DNA of 64,000 nucleotides from Aggregatilineales bacterium. GTDB taxonomy: Bacteria; Chloroflexota; Anaerolineae; Aggregatilineales; Phototrophicaceae. The position numbers were made by a program, and so were the translations under genes. The DNA is taken from the NCBI GenBank assembly GCA_963667305.2, contig CAXXWG010000008.1, forward strand, positions 165,913 to 229,912, read 5' to 3'. Under the pieces are notes generated by a model. The model was not told the DNA's origin. It made no database searches and saw only the letters and a list, made by a program, of their open reading frames with translations. Positions 1 to 10,601 of the stretch are shown one piece after another. Every line of letters begins with the position of its first letter. The first letter of the stretch is position 1.

Positions 1-9
1 AGGAAGCGA

Positions 10-1029
10 ATGGCCACACTTTACTATGACAAGGATGCGGACCTGGGCCTGCTGGAAGGCAAGACCATTGCCGTGATTGGCTACGGCAGCCAGGGGCATG
101 CCCACGCGCTGAATGCGCGCGACAACGGGCAACGCGTCATCATTGGCCTGCACGAGGGCAGCAGCAGCCGTGCGAAGGCCGCCGCCGAGGGACTGGAGGT
201 CATGTCCGTCGCCGACGCCGCGGCCGCTGCCGACATCATCATGGTGTTGATCCCCGATACCTTGCAGGCGCAGGTCTACGAAGAGGCAATCGAGCCGAAC
301 CTTGCCCCGGGCAACATGTTGATGTTCGCCCATGGCTTCAACATCCACTTCGACCAGATCAAACCGCCCGCCCAGGTCGACGTCACCATGATCGCGCCCA
401 AGGCGCCCGGACACCGGGTGCGCGAAATCTTCACCGAGGGCGCCGGTACGCCGGGCCTTTTGGCGGTGGAGCAGGACGCCACCGGCAATGCAAAGGCCAT
501 GGCCCTGGCCTACGCCCGCGCCATCGGCTGCACGCGCGCCGGCGTTATCGAGACGACCTTTCGGGAAGAGACCGAGACCGATCTGTTTGGCGAGCAGGTC
601 ATTCTCTGTGGTGGCGTGACGGCGTTGGTTCGGGCGGCCTTCGAAACTCTGGTCAAGGCCGGCTATCAGCCGGAGGTGGCTTACTTTGAGTGTATGCATG
701 AGCTGAAACTGATCGTCGACCTGCTCTACGAAGGCGGCCTGAGTTACATGTGGTACAGCGTCAGCAACACGGCCGAATACGGCGGGTACGAGATCGGCGA
801 CCGCATCGAGGGCATGGTCAGCGAAGACCTGGACGGCGTGTTGCAGGACATTCAGTCCGGCAAGTTTGCCCGCGAATGGGTGCAGGAAAACCGCGATGGC
901 CTGCCCAAATTTACGCAACGCCGTCAGCGCGAACATGACCTGCTGATCGAAGAGGTCGGGGAAGAACTGCGCGACATGATGAGCTTTCTGGCGGCGAAGA
1001 AGGTGCGTCAGGGGTCCGGCAGCGGCTGA
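10..1029 (+). CDS. ilvC: ketol-acid reductoisomerase (NADP+)
   Basis: 339-aa ORF with the N-terminal dinucleotide-binding motif [21 protein letters not shown] and class-I KARI length. AGGAAG RBS lies before the ATG. First gene of an ilv/leu string. Confidence 0.95.
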   Translation: MATLYYDKDADLGLLEGKTIAVIGYGSQGHAHALNARDNGQRVIIGLHEGSSSRAKAAAEGLEVMSVADAAAAADIIMVLIPDTLQAQVYEEAIEPNLAPGNMLMFAHGFNIHFDQIKPPAQVDVTMIAPKAPGHRVREIFTEGAGTPGLLAVEQDATGNAKAMALAYARAIGCTRAGVIETTFREETETDLFGEQVILCGGVTALVRAAFETLVKAGYQPEVAYFECMHELKLIVDLLYEGGLSYMWYSVSNTAEYGGYEIGDRIEGMVSEDLDGVLQDIQSGKFAREWVQENRDGLPKFTQRRQREHDLLIEEVGEELRDMMSFLAAKKVRQGSGSG

Positions 1030-1147
1030 GCGAATCCACTGGCCGGCGTGAATGGGAAGGGGGTGAATGCGATGTCTGAAGACGGTCTTGCCGACCTTCT
1101 TTTCTTGACTCATTTGCCCACCCTGCCAGCGGAAAGGAACGCGCCCC

Positions 1148-2740
1148 ATGGACAGTGACAATGTCGTAAGGATTTTCGACACCACCCTGCGCGACGGCGA
1201 ACAAAGCCCTGGCGCCACGCTCAGCAGCGCGGAAAAACTGGAGATCGCGCGGCAACTGGCGGTCCTCGGCGTCGACATCATCGAGGCCGGTTTCCCGGCA
1301 GCCTCACCGGATGACATGGCCGCCGTGCAACGCATTGCGCGGGAGGTAGGCACGGCCGATGGCCCGGTCATCTGTGGCCTGGCGCGAGTAGTCGAATCCG
1401 ACATTCTGGCCAGCTGGGAAGGCGTGGCGGCGGCGGCCAAACCTCGTATCCACACTTTCCTCGGCACCTCGGACATACACCTCAGGTATCAAACGGGCCT
1501 GACGCGCGAGGAAGGTCTGGAGGCCATTCGCAAGTCCGTCTCCCTGGCGCGCAGTTTGTGCGAGGACGTTGAATTTAGCCCGATGGACGCCGGCCGCACG
1601 GACAAGGCCTATCTGGTTGAAGTGTGTGCCCTGGCCATTCAGTGCGGCGCAACGACTCTCAACATCCCGGACACCGTGGGCTACGTGACGCCGGAAGAGT
1701 GGCAGGAGACGATTTCTGCGCTGATTGCCGAGACACCGGGCGGCGGCCCGGGCAGTGGCGTCATCTGGTCCGTGCACTGCCACAACGATCTGGGTCTGGC
1801 GACGGCCAACACCCTCGCCGGCGTGCTGGGCGGCGCCCGCCAGGTGGAGGTGACGCTCAACGGCATCGGCGAAAGGGCCGGCAACACCAGCCTGGAAGAA
1901 GTGGTCATGGCGATACGTACGCGGCCGCAGTTTTACCACGTGTCGACCAACATAAATTCGCGCGAATTGATCAAGACCAGCCGCATGGTCAGCAATTACA
2001 CCGGTCTTGCCGTACAGGCCAACAAGGCCATCGTGGGGCGCAACGCCTTTGCCCACGAAGCCGGCATTCATCAGGACGGCGTACTCAAGGAAGCCAGCAC
2101 CTACGAGATCATGGTGCCGGAGGACGTGGGTCTGACATCCAGCGAACTCGTGCTGGGCAAACACAGCGGTCGCCATGCCCTGCGCGCGCGCCTGCGCGAA
2201 CTGGGCTACGAGATTGAAGGTGAAGAATTGAAGCAGGTCTTTGTCCGTTTCAAGGACCTGGCGGACGCCAAGAAGACCGTGACGGATGCTGACCTGGAAG
2301 CGCTGGTGCATGACCAGGTACAGGGCATCCAGGAGTACTTTCATCTGGTAGACATTCAAGTGTCCTGCGGCACGATGGGCTTGCCGACGGCAACGGTCAA
2401 GCTGGCCGACGAAGACGGCAAGGTCGTTGTGCAACCGGCGGTGGGCACCGGGCCCGTCGATGCCTGTTACAAGGCCATCGACGAGGTCATTCGCGCGCCC
2501 AACACCCTGATTGAATACAACGTGCACAGCGTCACTGAAGGGATTGATGCCGTCGGTGAGGTAACGGTGCGCATCAGCCCGGATGGCATTGATCAATCTT
2601 TCGGCGGCTATGGCGCGGACAGCGACATCATTGTGGCCAGCGTGCGCGCCTATCTGGCGGCAGTCAACCGCATGCTGGCGGTTACAGGCATGGGAGGGCG
2701 TACGCCCGAAGGCGTGGCTGCCACCGTCAGCCTTCACTGA
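1148..2740 (+). CDS. leuA: 2-isopropylmalate synthase
   Basis: 530 aa. HMGL-like N-terminus [24 protein letters not shown] metal site, and a C-terminal LeuA-dimer/regulatory region. Sits next to leuCD. Confidence 0.93.
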   Translation: MDSDNVVRIFDTTLRDGEQSPGATLSSAEKLEIARQLAVLGVDIIEAGFPAASPDDMAAVQRIAREVGTADGPVICGLARVVESDILASWEGVAAAAKPRIHTFLGTSDIHLRYQTGLTREEGLEAIRKSVSLARSLCEDVEFSPMDAGRTDKAYLVEVCALAIQCGATTLNIPDTVGYVTPEEWQETISALIAETPGGGPGSGVIWSVHCHNDLGLATANTLAGVLGGARQVEVTLNGIGERAGNTSLEEVVMAIRTRPQFYHVSTNINSRELIKTSRMVSNYTGLAVQANKAIVGRNAFAHEAGIHQDGVLKEASTYEIMVPEDVGLTSSELVLGKHSGRHALRARLRELGYEIEGEELKQVFVRFKDLADAKKTVTDADLEALVHDQVQGIQEYFHLVDIQVSCGTMGLPTATVKLADEDGKVVVQPAVGTGPVDACYKAIDEVIRAPNTLIEYNVHSVTEGIDAVGEVTVRISPDGIDQSFGGYGADSDIIVASVRAYLAAVNRMLAVTGMGGRTPEGVAATVSLH

Positions 2741-2783
2741 CTGGCGGTTTCCGGCCCGCAGCATTGACCTTGAGGAGACAGGC

Positions 2784-4229
2784 ATGAGCGCAAACGGCAG
2801 GCGTCCCCGGACGCTTTTCGAAAAGGTATGGGACAAGCACGTGGTCCGTGCGCCCTCGAAAGGCGCGCCGACCGTGCTGTACATCGACCTGCACCTGGTG
2901 CACGAGGTGACCTCGCCCCAGGCTTTCACCACCTTGCGGGAGCGAGGGCTCAAGGTGCGACGGCCGGACCGCACGCTGGCGACCATGGACCACAGCACGC
3001 CCACCACGCCGCGTAACGAGCTGGGCATCATCCCGGTGCCGGATGCCTTGGCGGCGGCCCAACTGGACGTGATGCGCCGCAACTGCGAAGACTTCGGCAT
3101 TCCGCTTTACGAGCTGGGCAATGAGAAGCAGGGCATTGTGCACGTCATTGGCCCGGAGCAGGGGCTGACGCAACCGGGCATGACCATCGTGTGTGGCGAC
3201 AGTCACACCAGCACCCATGGCGCGTTCGGCGCCCTTGCTTTCGGCATCGGCACCAGCGAGGTCGGGCACGTGCTGGCGACACAGACCCTGCTGCAGGACA
3301 GGCCAGGGTCGATGGCGGTCCGCGTCGAGGGCCGGCTGCAATCCGGCGTCACGGCCAAGGACATCATCCTTGCCGTCATCGCGGAAATCGGCATCGGCGG
3401 TGGCACCGGTCGCGTCATCGAATACAGGGGCGAGGCCATTCGCAGCCTCGGCATGGAAGGGCGCATGACCGTCTGTAACATGTCCATCGAGGGCGGTGCG
3501 CGCGCGGGCATGGTCGCACCGGATGACACGACCTTCGACTACATCAGCGGACGTCCCTGCGCGCCGCAAGGCGAGGACTGGGACCGGGCCGTCGCTGCCT
3601 GGCGGCAGTTGCCGGGCGATGAGGGCGCGACCTGGGACCGGGAGGTTGTGCTGGACGCGGCTGAATTGACTCCGATGATCACTTACGGCACCAACCCCGG
3701 AATGGGCATGCGCATCACGGAGCGGGTGCCCGACCCCGACCGTCTTGGCGATCCCGCGGCGAAACTGGCGCTCGACAAGGCGCTGACCTATATGGGCCTG
3801 CAGCCGGGACAAAGTCTGCTGGGCAAGGCGGTTGACGTGGTTTTTGTGGGCAGTTGCACCAACTCGCGCATCTCCGACCTGCGCGAAGCGGCGCGGATTA
3901 TGCGCGGACGAAAGGTTGCCGAAAGCGTGCGCATGATGGTCGTGCCGGGCTCGCAACTGGTCAAGCGGCAGGCCGAGGCCGAGGGGCTGGACGAGGTCTT
4001 CCGCGCGGCAGGCGCGGAGTGGCGGGAGGCCGGCTGTTCGATGTGCATCGCCATGAATGGCGACCAGTTGCAGCCCGGCCAATACGCGGTCAGCACCAGC
4101 AACCGTAATTTCGAGGGCCGCCAGGGCAAGGGCGGGCGCAGCTTCCTGGCCAGCCCCCTGACGGCTGCCGCCAGCGCCATAAACGGCGCCATTACCGACG
4201 CCCGCACCCTGCAAACGGAGCTCGCCTGA
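2784..4229 (+). CDS. leuC: 3-isopropylmalate dehydratase large subunit
   Basis: Aconitase-family motifs [20 protein letters not shown] and VGSCTNSR. Start trimmed to ATG 2784 ([19 protein letters not shown]), preceded by GAGGAGA; the ORF-track start at 2583 overlaps leuA. Confidence 0.93.
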   Translation: MSANGRRPRTLFEKVWDKHVVRAPSKGAPTVLYIDLHLVHEVTSPQAFTTLRERGLKVRRPDRTLATMDHSTPTTPRNELGIIPVPDALAAAQLDVMRRNCEDFGIPLYELGNEKQGIVHVIGPEQGLTQPGMTIVCGDSHTSTHGAFGALAFGIGTSEVGHVLATQTLLQDRPGSMAVRVEGRLQSGVTAKDIILAVIAEIGIGGGTGRVIEYRGEAIRSLGMEGRMTVCNMSIEGGARAGMVAPDDTTFDYISGRPCAPQGEDWDRAVAAWRQLPGDEGATWDREVVLDAAELTPMITYGTNPGMGMRITERVPDPDRLGDPAAKLALDKALTYMGLQPGQSLLGKAVDVVFVGSCTNSRISDLREAARIMRGRKVAESVRMMVVPGSQLVKRQAEAEGLDEVFRAAGAEWREAGCSMCIAMNGDQLQPGQYAVSTSNRNFEGRQGKGGRSFLASPLTAAASAINGAITDARTLQTELA

Positions 4230-4843
4230 TGGAGCCAGTTACGCCCTTCACCGGTCAGATCGTGGCCATGCCGATCAATGACATCGACACCGACCAGATC
4301 ATCCCGGCGCGCTTTCTCAAGACGACCGACAGCGCCGGCCTTGGCAAGAACCTGTTTGCCGACTGGCGTTACGAGGCCGATGGCACGCCCAAAGCGGACT
4401 TCGTGTTGAATCAGCCGCAGCACGCCAACGCCACGGTGCTGGTGGCCGGCGACAATTTTGGCTGTGGCAGCTCGCGCGAACATGCGCCCTGGGCGCTGAA
4501 GGGTTCGGGTTTTCGCGCTGTGGTCAGCACCAGCTTCGCCGACATCTTTCGCAACAACGCGCTGCAAAACGGGCTGTTGCCCCTGCAGGTAGACGAAGAG
4601 ACGCAGCAGCAACTTATCAGTCTGGCGCAGGAAGACGCGAGCACGACCTTGCGCGTTGACCTGGAGCAACAGACCCTGACCCTGCCCGACGGTCGCGAAG
4701 TGACCTTCCCGATTGACGGCTTCGCGCGCCATTGCCTGCTGAACGGCATCGACCAACTGGGCTATTTGCAGAGCCTGGAGGATGAGATCCTCGCCTGGGA
4801 AGAAAGCCATCCGGCGCGGGTAAACACCCTGGCTACTGCCTGA
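4229..4843 (+). CDS. leuD: 3-isopropylmalate dehydratase small subunit
   Basis: 204 aa with the swivel-domain motif [17 protein letters not shown]. The start overlaps the leuC stop (TGATG). Confidence 0.93.
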   Translation: MEPVTPFTGQIVAMPINDIDTDQIIPARFLKTTDSAGLGKNLFADWRYEADGTPKADFVLNQPQHANATVLVAGDNFGCGSSREHAPWALKGSGFRAVVSTSFADIFRNNALQNGLLPLQVDEETQQQLISLAQEDASTTLRVDLEQQTLTLPDGREVTFPIDGFARHCLLNGIDQLGYLQSLEDEILAWEESHPARVNTLATA

Positions 4844-4874
4844 GCTTTACTGCAAGGAAAGCGGAGTGCCTGAC

Positions 4875-6452
4875 ATGGCGATCGCCATCTACGATACGAC
4901 CCTGCGGGATGGTACGCAGCGCGAGGGGATTTCGCTGTCGGTGGCGGACAAGCTGCGCATCACGCAATTGCTGGATGACCTGGGTGTCGCCTACATTGAG
5001 GGCGGCTGGCCGGGCTCCAATCCCCGTGACGTCGCCTACTTTGACCAGGTGCGCCGATTGGACCTGAAGCACGCGCGCATCGCGGCCTTTGGCTCCACCT
5101 GCCGCAAGGGCGTTGAGCCGGACGGGGATGCCAACATCCGCGCGCTGGTGGAGGCCGAAACGCCGGTCGTGACCCTGGTCGGCAAGACGTCAATGTTGCA
5201 CGTCAACGACGTGCTGCAGACGACGCCGGCGGAAAACCTGCGCATGATCGAGGCCAGCGTGGGTTTTCTGAAATCGATGGGGCGCGAAGTGGTCTACGAC
5301 GCCGAACACTTTTTTGACGGCCTGAAGCTGGACCTCGAGTATGGCATGGACACGGTGGCCGCGGCCGTCCGCGGCGGCGCCGACTGCGTGGTGCTTTGCG
5401 ACACCAATGGCGGCTCGCTTCCCTGGGAAATCGCGCGTTTGTTTCGCATGATGCAGGAAGCATTCCCGCAGGTCTCGCTGGGCATTCACACGCACAATGA
5501 CAGTGAACTGGCGGTCGCCAATACCATCGCTGCCGTGAAGGAAGGCGCGTCTCACGTACAGGGGACCATCAACGGTTACGGCGAGCGCTGTGGCAACGCC
5601 AACCTGTGCAGCATCATTCCGGACCTGCAACTGAAGATGGGTTACGATTGCGTTCCGCCCGACAACCTGACCACCTTGACGAGGCTGGCCCGCACGGTCG
5701 CTGAAATCGCGAATCTGGCGCCGGACTCGCACCACGCCTTTGTCGGGCGCAGCGCCTTTGCTCACAAGGGCGGCATTCACGTCGCGGCCGTGCGACGCAA
5801 TGCCGACAGTTACCAGCACATTGAACCCACGCTGGTCGGCAATGAATCCAGGGTGCTGGTCTCCGACTTGTCGGGTCGCGGCAATCTGCTTAGCAAGGCG
5901 GAAGAGCTGGGACTGGACACGACCCGCGACGAGGCGGTGCAGGTGTTGCAGGAGGTCAAGGAGCTGGAAAACCAGGGCTTTGTCTTTGAAGGCGCCGAGG
6001 CCTCGGTCGCCATCCGCCTGCACCGGGCGCGCCCGGGCTACGAGCCCCTGTTTAACCTGATCGATTACACGACCATCGTTGAGCAGCGGCAGGGCAGGGG
6101 GTCAGTGGCCGAAGCCATGGTCAAGATCGAGATGGATGGCGAGATCGCGCACACCGCCGCCGAAGGCAACGGGCCGGTAAACGCCCTTGATGAAGCCCTG
6201 CGCAAGGCCATGCGAAACCGTTACCCTCGCCTCGATGACTTTCACCTCGTCGATTACAAGGTGCGAATTCTGGATGGCGCCAGCGGCACTGCCGCCACCA
6301 CGCGCGTTTTGATCGATACACTGTGCGGGACCCGGCGCTGGAGCACGGTGGGCGCCGGCACCAACATCATCCAGGCGAGTTGGCTGGCCCTGGTGGACAG
6401 CATCGAATACGGCCTGCGCATCGTGCCTTCTGCGGCCCGGTCTGAAACTTGA
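4875..6452 (+). CDS. cimA: citramalate synthase-type LeuA paralogue ((R)-citramalate synthase family)
   Basis: IYDTTLRDGTQREGISLS, HTHNDSELAVAN and a C-terminal LeuA-dimer domain. The DGTQ short-form architecture is typical of CimA rather than LeuA. ATG 4875 sits 9 nt after GGAG; an alternative GTG lies at 4866. Confidence 0.75.
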   Translation: MAIAIYDTTLRDGTQREGISLSVADKLRITQLLDDLGVAYIEGGWPGSNPRDVAYFDQVRRLDLKHARIAAFGSTCRKGVEPDGDANIRALVEAETPVVTLVGKTSMLHVNDVLQTTPAENLRMIEASVGFLKSMGREVVYDAEHFFDGLKLDLEYGMDTVAAAVRGGADCVVLCDTNGGSLPWEIARLFRMMQEAFPQVSLGIHTHNDSELAVANTIAAVKEGASHVQGTINGYGERCGNANLCSIIPDLQLKMGYDCVPPDNLTTLTRLARTVAEIANLAPDSHHAFVGRSAFAHKGGIHVAAVRRNADSYQHIEPTLVGNESRVLVSDLSGRGNLLSKAEELGLDTTRDEAVQVLQEVKELENQGFVFEGAEASVAIRLHRARPGYEPLFNLIDYTTIVEQRQGRGSVAEAMVKIEMDGEIAHTAAEGNGPVNALDEALRKAMRNRYPRLDDFHLVDYKVRILDGASGTAATTRVLIDTLCGTRRWSTVGAGTNIIQASWLALVDSIEYGLRIVPSAARSET

Positions 6453-6494
6453 GCTACGGTCTGGTCCCTTGCCCAACTTTTCAAACAGGGAGAA

Positions 6495-7562
6495 ATGATG
6501 GCGTCAGCGAACATTCTGGTGTTACCGGGCGATGGCATCGGCCCGGAGGTGACGGGCCAGGCGTGCGAGGCCTTGCGACGCGTGGCGAAGCGCTTCGGCC
6601 ACGACTTTCGCTTCGAGGAAGCCTTGATGGGCGGCATCGCCATCGACCGGACTGGCGAACCACTTCCGGCAGAGACCCTGCGGAAGGGAGAGAAAGCCGA
6701 TGCCATATTGATGGGCGCCGTTGGCGGCCCGCAATGGTCGGACCCGACCGCCAGTGTCAGGCCGGAACAGGGCCTGTTGCAGATTCGGCAGCACTTCGGT
6801 CTCTTCGCCAATTTGCGCCCGGTGAAGGCCTGGCCGGCGCTGGCGCAACATGCGCCCCTGCGCCCGGACCTGCTGGAAGGCGTGGACATGCTTTTCGTGC
6901 GGGAGTTGACGGGCGGCATTTACTTCGGTGAGCGGCAGGAACCCGGCAGTGGCGACAGCGCCTACGACACAATGTTTTACAGCACCGACGAAATCAAGCG
7001 CGTGACGGACGTCGCCTTTCGCGCTGCGCAGGGCCGACGCGGCAAGCTGGCCTCGATCGACAAGGCCAACGTGCTGGCCTCCATGCGACTGTGGCGACGC
7101 ACGGTGATGAGCGTTGCGGAAGACTACAGCGGTGTGGAGGTGGAGCATTTGCTGGTGGACGCGGCCGCCATGCATTTGCTGACGCGCCCGGCGGATTTCG
7201 ACGTCATCGTGGCCGGCAATTTGTTTGGCGACATTTTGAGCGATGAGGCATCCGTGCTGGCCGGCTCGCTGGGCATGCTGCCTTCCGCCTCGCTGGGCAC
7301 CGGTACTTTTGGCATCTACGAGCCCATCCACGGCTCGGCGCCGGACATTTCGGGCAAAGGCATCGCCAATCCGATCGGCATGATTCTCAGCGCCGCCCTT
7401 TTGCTGCGCTACAGCCTGCAGCTGGAGACGGAAGCCCTTGCGCTGGAAGAGGCAGTCGCCGGCGCACTGGCTGCCGGTGTGCGCACCGCTGACATCGCGC
7501 CTGCCGGAACGGCAGCGGTGGGCACGGAAGAAATGGCCGGCGCCATTTTCGAGCGTATCTGA
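6495..7562 (+). CDS. leuB: 3-isopropylmalate dehydrogenase
   Basis: 355 aa. [11 protein letters not shown]-terminus and the isocitrate/isopropylmalate dehydrogenase signature [25 protein letters not shown]. Confidence 0.93.
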   Translation: MMASANILVLPGDGIGPEVTGQACEALRRVAKRFGHDFRFEEALMGGIAIDRTGEPLPAETLRKGEKADAILMGAVGGPQWSDPTASVRPEQGLLQIRQHFGLFANLRPVKAWPALAQHAPLRPDLLEGVDMLFVRELTGGIYFGERQEPGSGDSAYDTMFYSTDEIKRVTDVAFRAAQGRRGKLASIDKANVLASMRLWRRTVMSVAEDYSGVEVEHLLVDAAAMHLLTRPADFDVIVAGNLFGDILSDEASVLAGSLGMLPSASLGTGTFGIYEPIHGSAPDISGKGIANPIGMILSAALLLRYSLQLETEALALEEAVAGALAAGVRTADIAPAGTAAVGTEEMAGAIFERI

Positions 7563-7622
7563 CAGCCCTGCGGCTTGACAGCGACGACCGTCTGTGTCAG
7601 GCTGGGCCAGCAGCTTGACAAG

Positions 7623-7744
7623 CTCACAGATTCATCCAGAGTGGTGGAGGGAACGGCCCTGTGAAGCCACGGCAACCCCTGTAGATCGGGAAGGTGCCAA
7701 CTCCGTCGGCGTGCGAGGCGTCGGGAGATGAAAGCGGAAGTGAG
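7623..7744 (+). promoter_or_regulatory. SAM-I (S-box) riboswitch aptamer
   Basis: P1 helix TTCATC (7631-7636) pairs with GATGAA (7727-7732). Core strings AGAGTGGTGGAGGGA, GGCCCTGTGAAGCCACGGCAACC and GGTGCCAACTCC match the S-box consensus. Lies 5' of a Cys/Met PLP enzyme gene. Confidence 0.85.
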
Positions 7745-7797
7745 GTTTCTCCGCCAGCAACCGAATACAGGGACTTCATTGGGAAGTCGTCAGGTGG

Positions 7798-7825
7798 CCC
7801 GGACCCGTCCGGGTTTTTGTTTTTC
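7798..7825 (+). terminator. intrinsic terminator (riboswitch expression platform)
   Basis: GC stem CCCGGAC (7798-7804) / GTCCGGG (7807-7813) followed by TTTTTGTTTTT. Lies 24 nt upstream of the ATG at 7849. Confidence 0.7.
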
Positions 7826-7848
7826 CTGACATGGCGGGGAGGTGAGGC

Positions 7849-9078
7849 ATGACAGATACAGTTCGCGAGCAGGAAGCGCCGGCGCTGGCGCGCGGCAACA
7901 GCACACGCTCCATCCACAGCGGTGCGCTCCGTAGCAAGGCCTTCAATTCCCTGACCACGCCTGTCGTACAGACGGCGACCTACACCTTTGCCGATACCCA
8001 GGCGCTGGTCGACTTTATGCAGGCCAAAACCTGGGGCGATGGCGTTGACAACGAAGAATACGGGCGCTACGGCAACCCGACCGTGGCGGCGGTCGAGCGG
8101 CGTCTGGCGTCGCTGGACGGCGCCGGAGACGCGGCCCTGTTTGCCTCGGGCATGAACGCCGTGACGACCGTGTTGCTCGCCTCACTTTCCAGCGGCACGC
8201 ACGTGGTAATGACCGACGACTGCTACCGGCGCACGCGTCAGTTCTGCGGCACTTTCCTGCGCCGCCTGGGAATCGAGACCAGCGTCGTCCCGATGGGCGA
8301 CTATGAAGCGCTGGAGGCGGCGGTACGCAGCCACCGCAAGACGCGTTACATCATCTCCGAGAGTCCCACCAACCCCTACCTGCGGGTGGCGGACCTTGAG
8401 CGCATCGTGGACATCGCCCGACGCCACCGCGTGCGCACGCTGATTGACAGCACCTTTGCCACGCCGATCAACCAACGCCCGCTGGAATGGGGGATCGATC
8501 TGGTCATTCACAGCGCGACCAAATATCTCTCCGGCCACAATGACTTGCTGGCGGGCGTGGTATGCGGCAGTCGTGAGCGCATCGCGGCCTTTCGCGAGGC
8601 GCGGGGAGTCCTGGGTGGCGTGGTGGATCCGCAAAACGCCTTCCTGCTGGAACGCGGCCTGCGCACCCTGGGTATGCGGGTGGAGCAGCAGAATCGCTCC
8701 GCGCAGGAAGTAGCGCAGTTCCTGGAGGGCCATCCTGGTATCGAACGCGTCTGGTACCCGGGGCTTGCCTCCCACCCAGACTACGAGACGGCGCGGCGGC
8801 AAATGACCGGCTACGGCGGTGTGGTCAGCTTTGAAGTGGCGGCGGACCTGGCGGGCACCGGTCGATTTGTCGACAACCTGCAGATACCTTTTATCGCGCC
8901 GAGTTTGGGCGGGGTCGAAAGCCTGATTGAGCAGCCGGCGCTGATGAGTTACTACGAGCAGACGCCGGCGGAACGCCAGGCGCTGGGCATCAGGGACAAC
9001 CTCGTGCGCTTTTCGATCGGGATTGAGGACGTCGACGACCTGATTCGCGACCTGGAACAGGCACTGGCGCGACTGTAA
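7849..9078 (+). CDS. Cys/Met-metabolism PLP-dependent enzyme (cystathionine gamma-synthase / O-acylhomoserine sulfhydrylase-like)
   Basis: 409 aa. YGRYGNPT motif and the PLP-lysine motif HSATKYLSGHNDLLAG. GGGGAGGTGAGG RBS. Preceded by the SAM riboswitch, so a methionine-biosynthesis role is likely. The exact reaction is not resolvable from sequence. Confidence 0.85.
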   Translation: MTDTVREQEAPALARGNSTRSIHSGALRSKAFNSLTTPVVQTATYTFADTQALVDFMQAKTWGDGVDNEEYGRYGNPTVAAVERRLASLDGAGDAALFASGMNAVTTVLLASLSSGTHVVMTDDCYRRTRQFCGTFLRRLGIETSVVPMGDYEALEAAVRSHRKTRYIISESPTNPYLRVADLERIVDIARRHRVRTLIDSTFATPINQRPLEWGIDLVIHSATKYLSGHNDLLAGVVCGSRERIAAFREARGVLGGVVDPQNAFLLERGLRTLGMRVEQQNRSAQEVAQFLEGHPGIERVWYPGLASHPDYETARRQMTGYGGVVSFEVAADLAGTGRFVDNLQIPFIAPSLGGVESLIEQPALMSYYEQTPAERQALGIRDNLVRFSIGIEDVDDLIRDLEQALARL

Positions 9079-9083
9079 AGGGG

Positions 9084-9239
9084 CTAACCTGTCTGCAGGC
9101 CGTCAACCAGGTCCGCAAAGAGGTCTCCGATTGCCGGGCCCAACAGGGCCAGAATCACAATCACAACGACGGCGACCAGCACCAGAATGAGCGCGTATTC
9201 GACCAGGCCCTGACCTTCATCCGGAATTTTGGGTGGCAT
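9084..9239 (-). CDS. flp: Flp/Fap family type IVb (Tad) pilin
   Basis: 51-aa product MPPKIPDEGQGLVEYALILVLVAVVVIVILALLG with the Flp motif G/xxxxEY plus a hydrophobic helix. AAGGAG RBS sits 8 nt before ATG 9239. The longer ORF-track start (9305) overlaps thrC. Confidence 0.7.
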   Translation of the reverse strand: MPPKIPDEGQGLVEYALILVLVAVVVIVILALLGPAIGDLFADLVDGLQTG

Positions 9240-9255
9240 GCCGCTTGCTCCTTTC

Positions 9256-10554
9256 TCAGGCGGGGACCGGTTCGTCCGGCTGCAGGATGCGCGAAATTTC
9301 CTCAATAGAGGGCTCGGCCTGATGCAGGTGATTGGGCCAGGCGGCGCGCAGGCCGGGCAAGGTGTTGCGATGGTAGTTTATCGTGGCGTCAGGGTCCTTG
9401 AGCACGTTCCCGGTGAGGATGCCGACCACGCTCTCGTCAGGGCCGATGACGCCTGCCATGGCCAGTTTGCGCGCCCCGGCCAGTGAACAGGCCGAGGCCG
9501 GTTCGCAGCCGATTCCCTGGGCGTCGATGCGCGCCTTGGCGTCCATGATTTCCTGATCGCTGACCTCTTCGACCACGCCTTCGGTCCAATGGATGGTGCG
9601 CGCGGCCTTTTTCCAGTTGACCGGGTTACCAATCTTGATGGCCGTGGCGATCGTGGTGGCCTGCAAGGCTTCAAAGTGATCAAAGCCGTTGCGCCAGGCG
9701 CGATAGAGCGGGTTGGCGCCCTCCGCCTGGATGATGGCGACACGCGGCACGCGGTCGATCAGTCCCAGTTCCAGCAGCTCGTGAAGCGCCTTGCCGAAGG
9801 CGGCGCTGTTGCCGAGGTTGCCACCCGGGCAAACGATCCAGTCCGGTACCTGCCAGCCCAGTTGTTGAATCGCCTCAAAGACGATGCTCTTTTGTCCTTC
9901 CAGCCGAAAGGGATTGACCGAGTTGAGGACGTAAATGCCCAGTTCTTCACTGATTCTGCGCACCAGTTCGAGGTTGCGGTCAAAGTCGGCGGAGACCTGG
10001 ATGCAGGTTGCGCCGTAGGCGATCGCCTGGGCCAGCTTGCCGAGGGCGATCTCCCGGTTCTCAAAGAAAACGATGCCTTCCAGACCCGCCAGGGCCGCAT
10101 AGGATGCCAGCGAGGCGGAGGTGTTGCCGGTTGAGGCGCAGGCAATACGTTGCATACCCAAAAGGCGCGCCTGGGTAACGCCGCCGGTCATGCCACGGTC
10201 CTTGAAGGAACCGGTGGGATTTTCGCCTTCATGTTTGAGCCACAGCCTGGCCAACCCGGCCCAGGCCGCCAGCTTTGGACTGGGGTAGAGGTTGGTGTTT
10301 CCTTCCGGCCGCGTGAAAATCTGGTCGTCGGCAAGATCGGGATAGATCAATTCACGGTAGCGCCAGACGCCGCTGTTGCAGGGCGGATCCAGCGTGCCCA
10401 GGCGTTGGTCGAAGGTGTCGCGGGAGACGGTCTTGCGCAGGCCATGCAGGTCATGCTGTACGTCCAGCAAACCCCCGCAGGTGATGCAGGTGTAGGCGAC
10501 CTGATCAACCGGGTATTGACGGTCGCAGTCCATGCATTGCAGGATACTCTGCAT
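9256..10554 (-). CDS. thrC: threonine synthase
   Basis: 432 aa. PLP-lysine context PTGSFKDRGMT, the GNTSASLA motif, and an N-terminal CxxC...CxxC ribbon. Confidence 0.92.
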   Translation of the reverse strand: MQSILQCMDCDRQYPVDQVAYTCITCGGLLDVQHDLHGLRKTVSRDTFDQRLGTLDPPCNSGVWRYRELIYPDLADDQIFTRPEGNTNLYPSPKLAAWAGLARLWLKHEGENPTGSFKDRGMTGGVTQARLLGMQRIACASTGNTSASLASYAALAGLEGIVFFENREIALGKLAQAIAYGATCIQVSADFDRNLELVRRISEELGIYVLNSVNPFRLEGQKSIVFEAIQQLGWQVPDWIVCPGGNLGNSAAFGKALHELLELGLIDRVPRVAIIQAEGANPLYRAWRNGFDHFEALQATTIATAIKIGNPVNWKKAARTIHWTEGVVEEVSDQEIMDAKARIDAQGIGCEPASACSLAGARKLAMAGVIGPDESVVGILTGNVLKDPDATINYHRNTLPGLRAAWPNHLHQAEPSIEEISRILQPDEPVPA

Positions 10555-10601
10555 TGGCGGTACCGTTGACGGGTGAGCGCGGGCACAGGATAACAGTTTA
10601 C

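Noticed and set aside
1078-1107. Hairpin plus T-rich tract between ilvC and leuA as a terminator or leucine attenuator
   Set aside because: The stem is short and mismatched (GGTC/GACC core with A/T-rich extensions), and the T-tract is partly consumed by the stem. There is no leader peptide with Leu codons and no T-box features.
1304-3100. 598-aa minus-strand ORF opposite leuA/leuC, and the similar 2727..4214 ORF
   Set aside because: It is fully antisense to ORFs with unambiguous LeuA/LeuC motifs. The translation is Arg/Ala/Gly/His-rich with no recognisable motif. This is a typical stop-codon-poor shadow ORF of GC-rich DNA.
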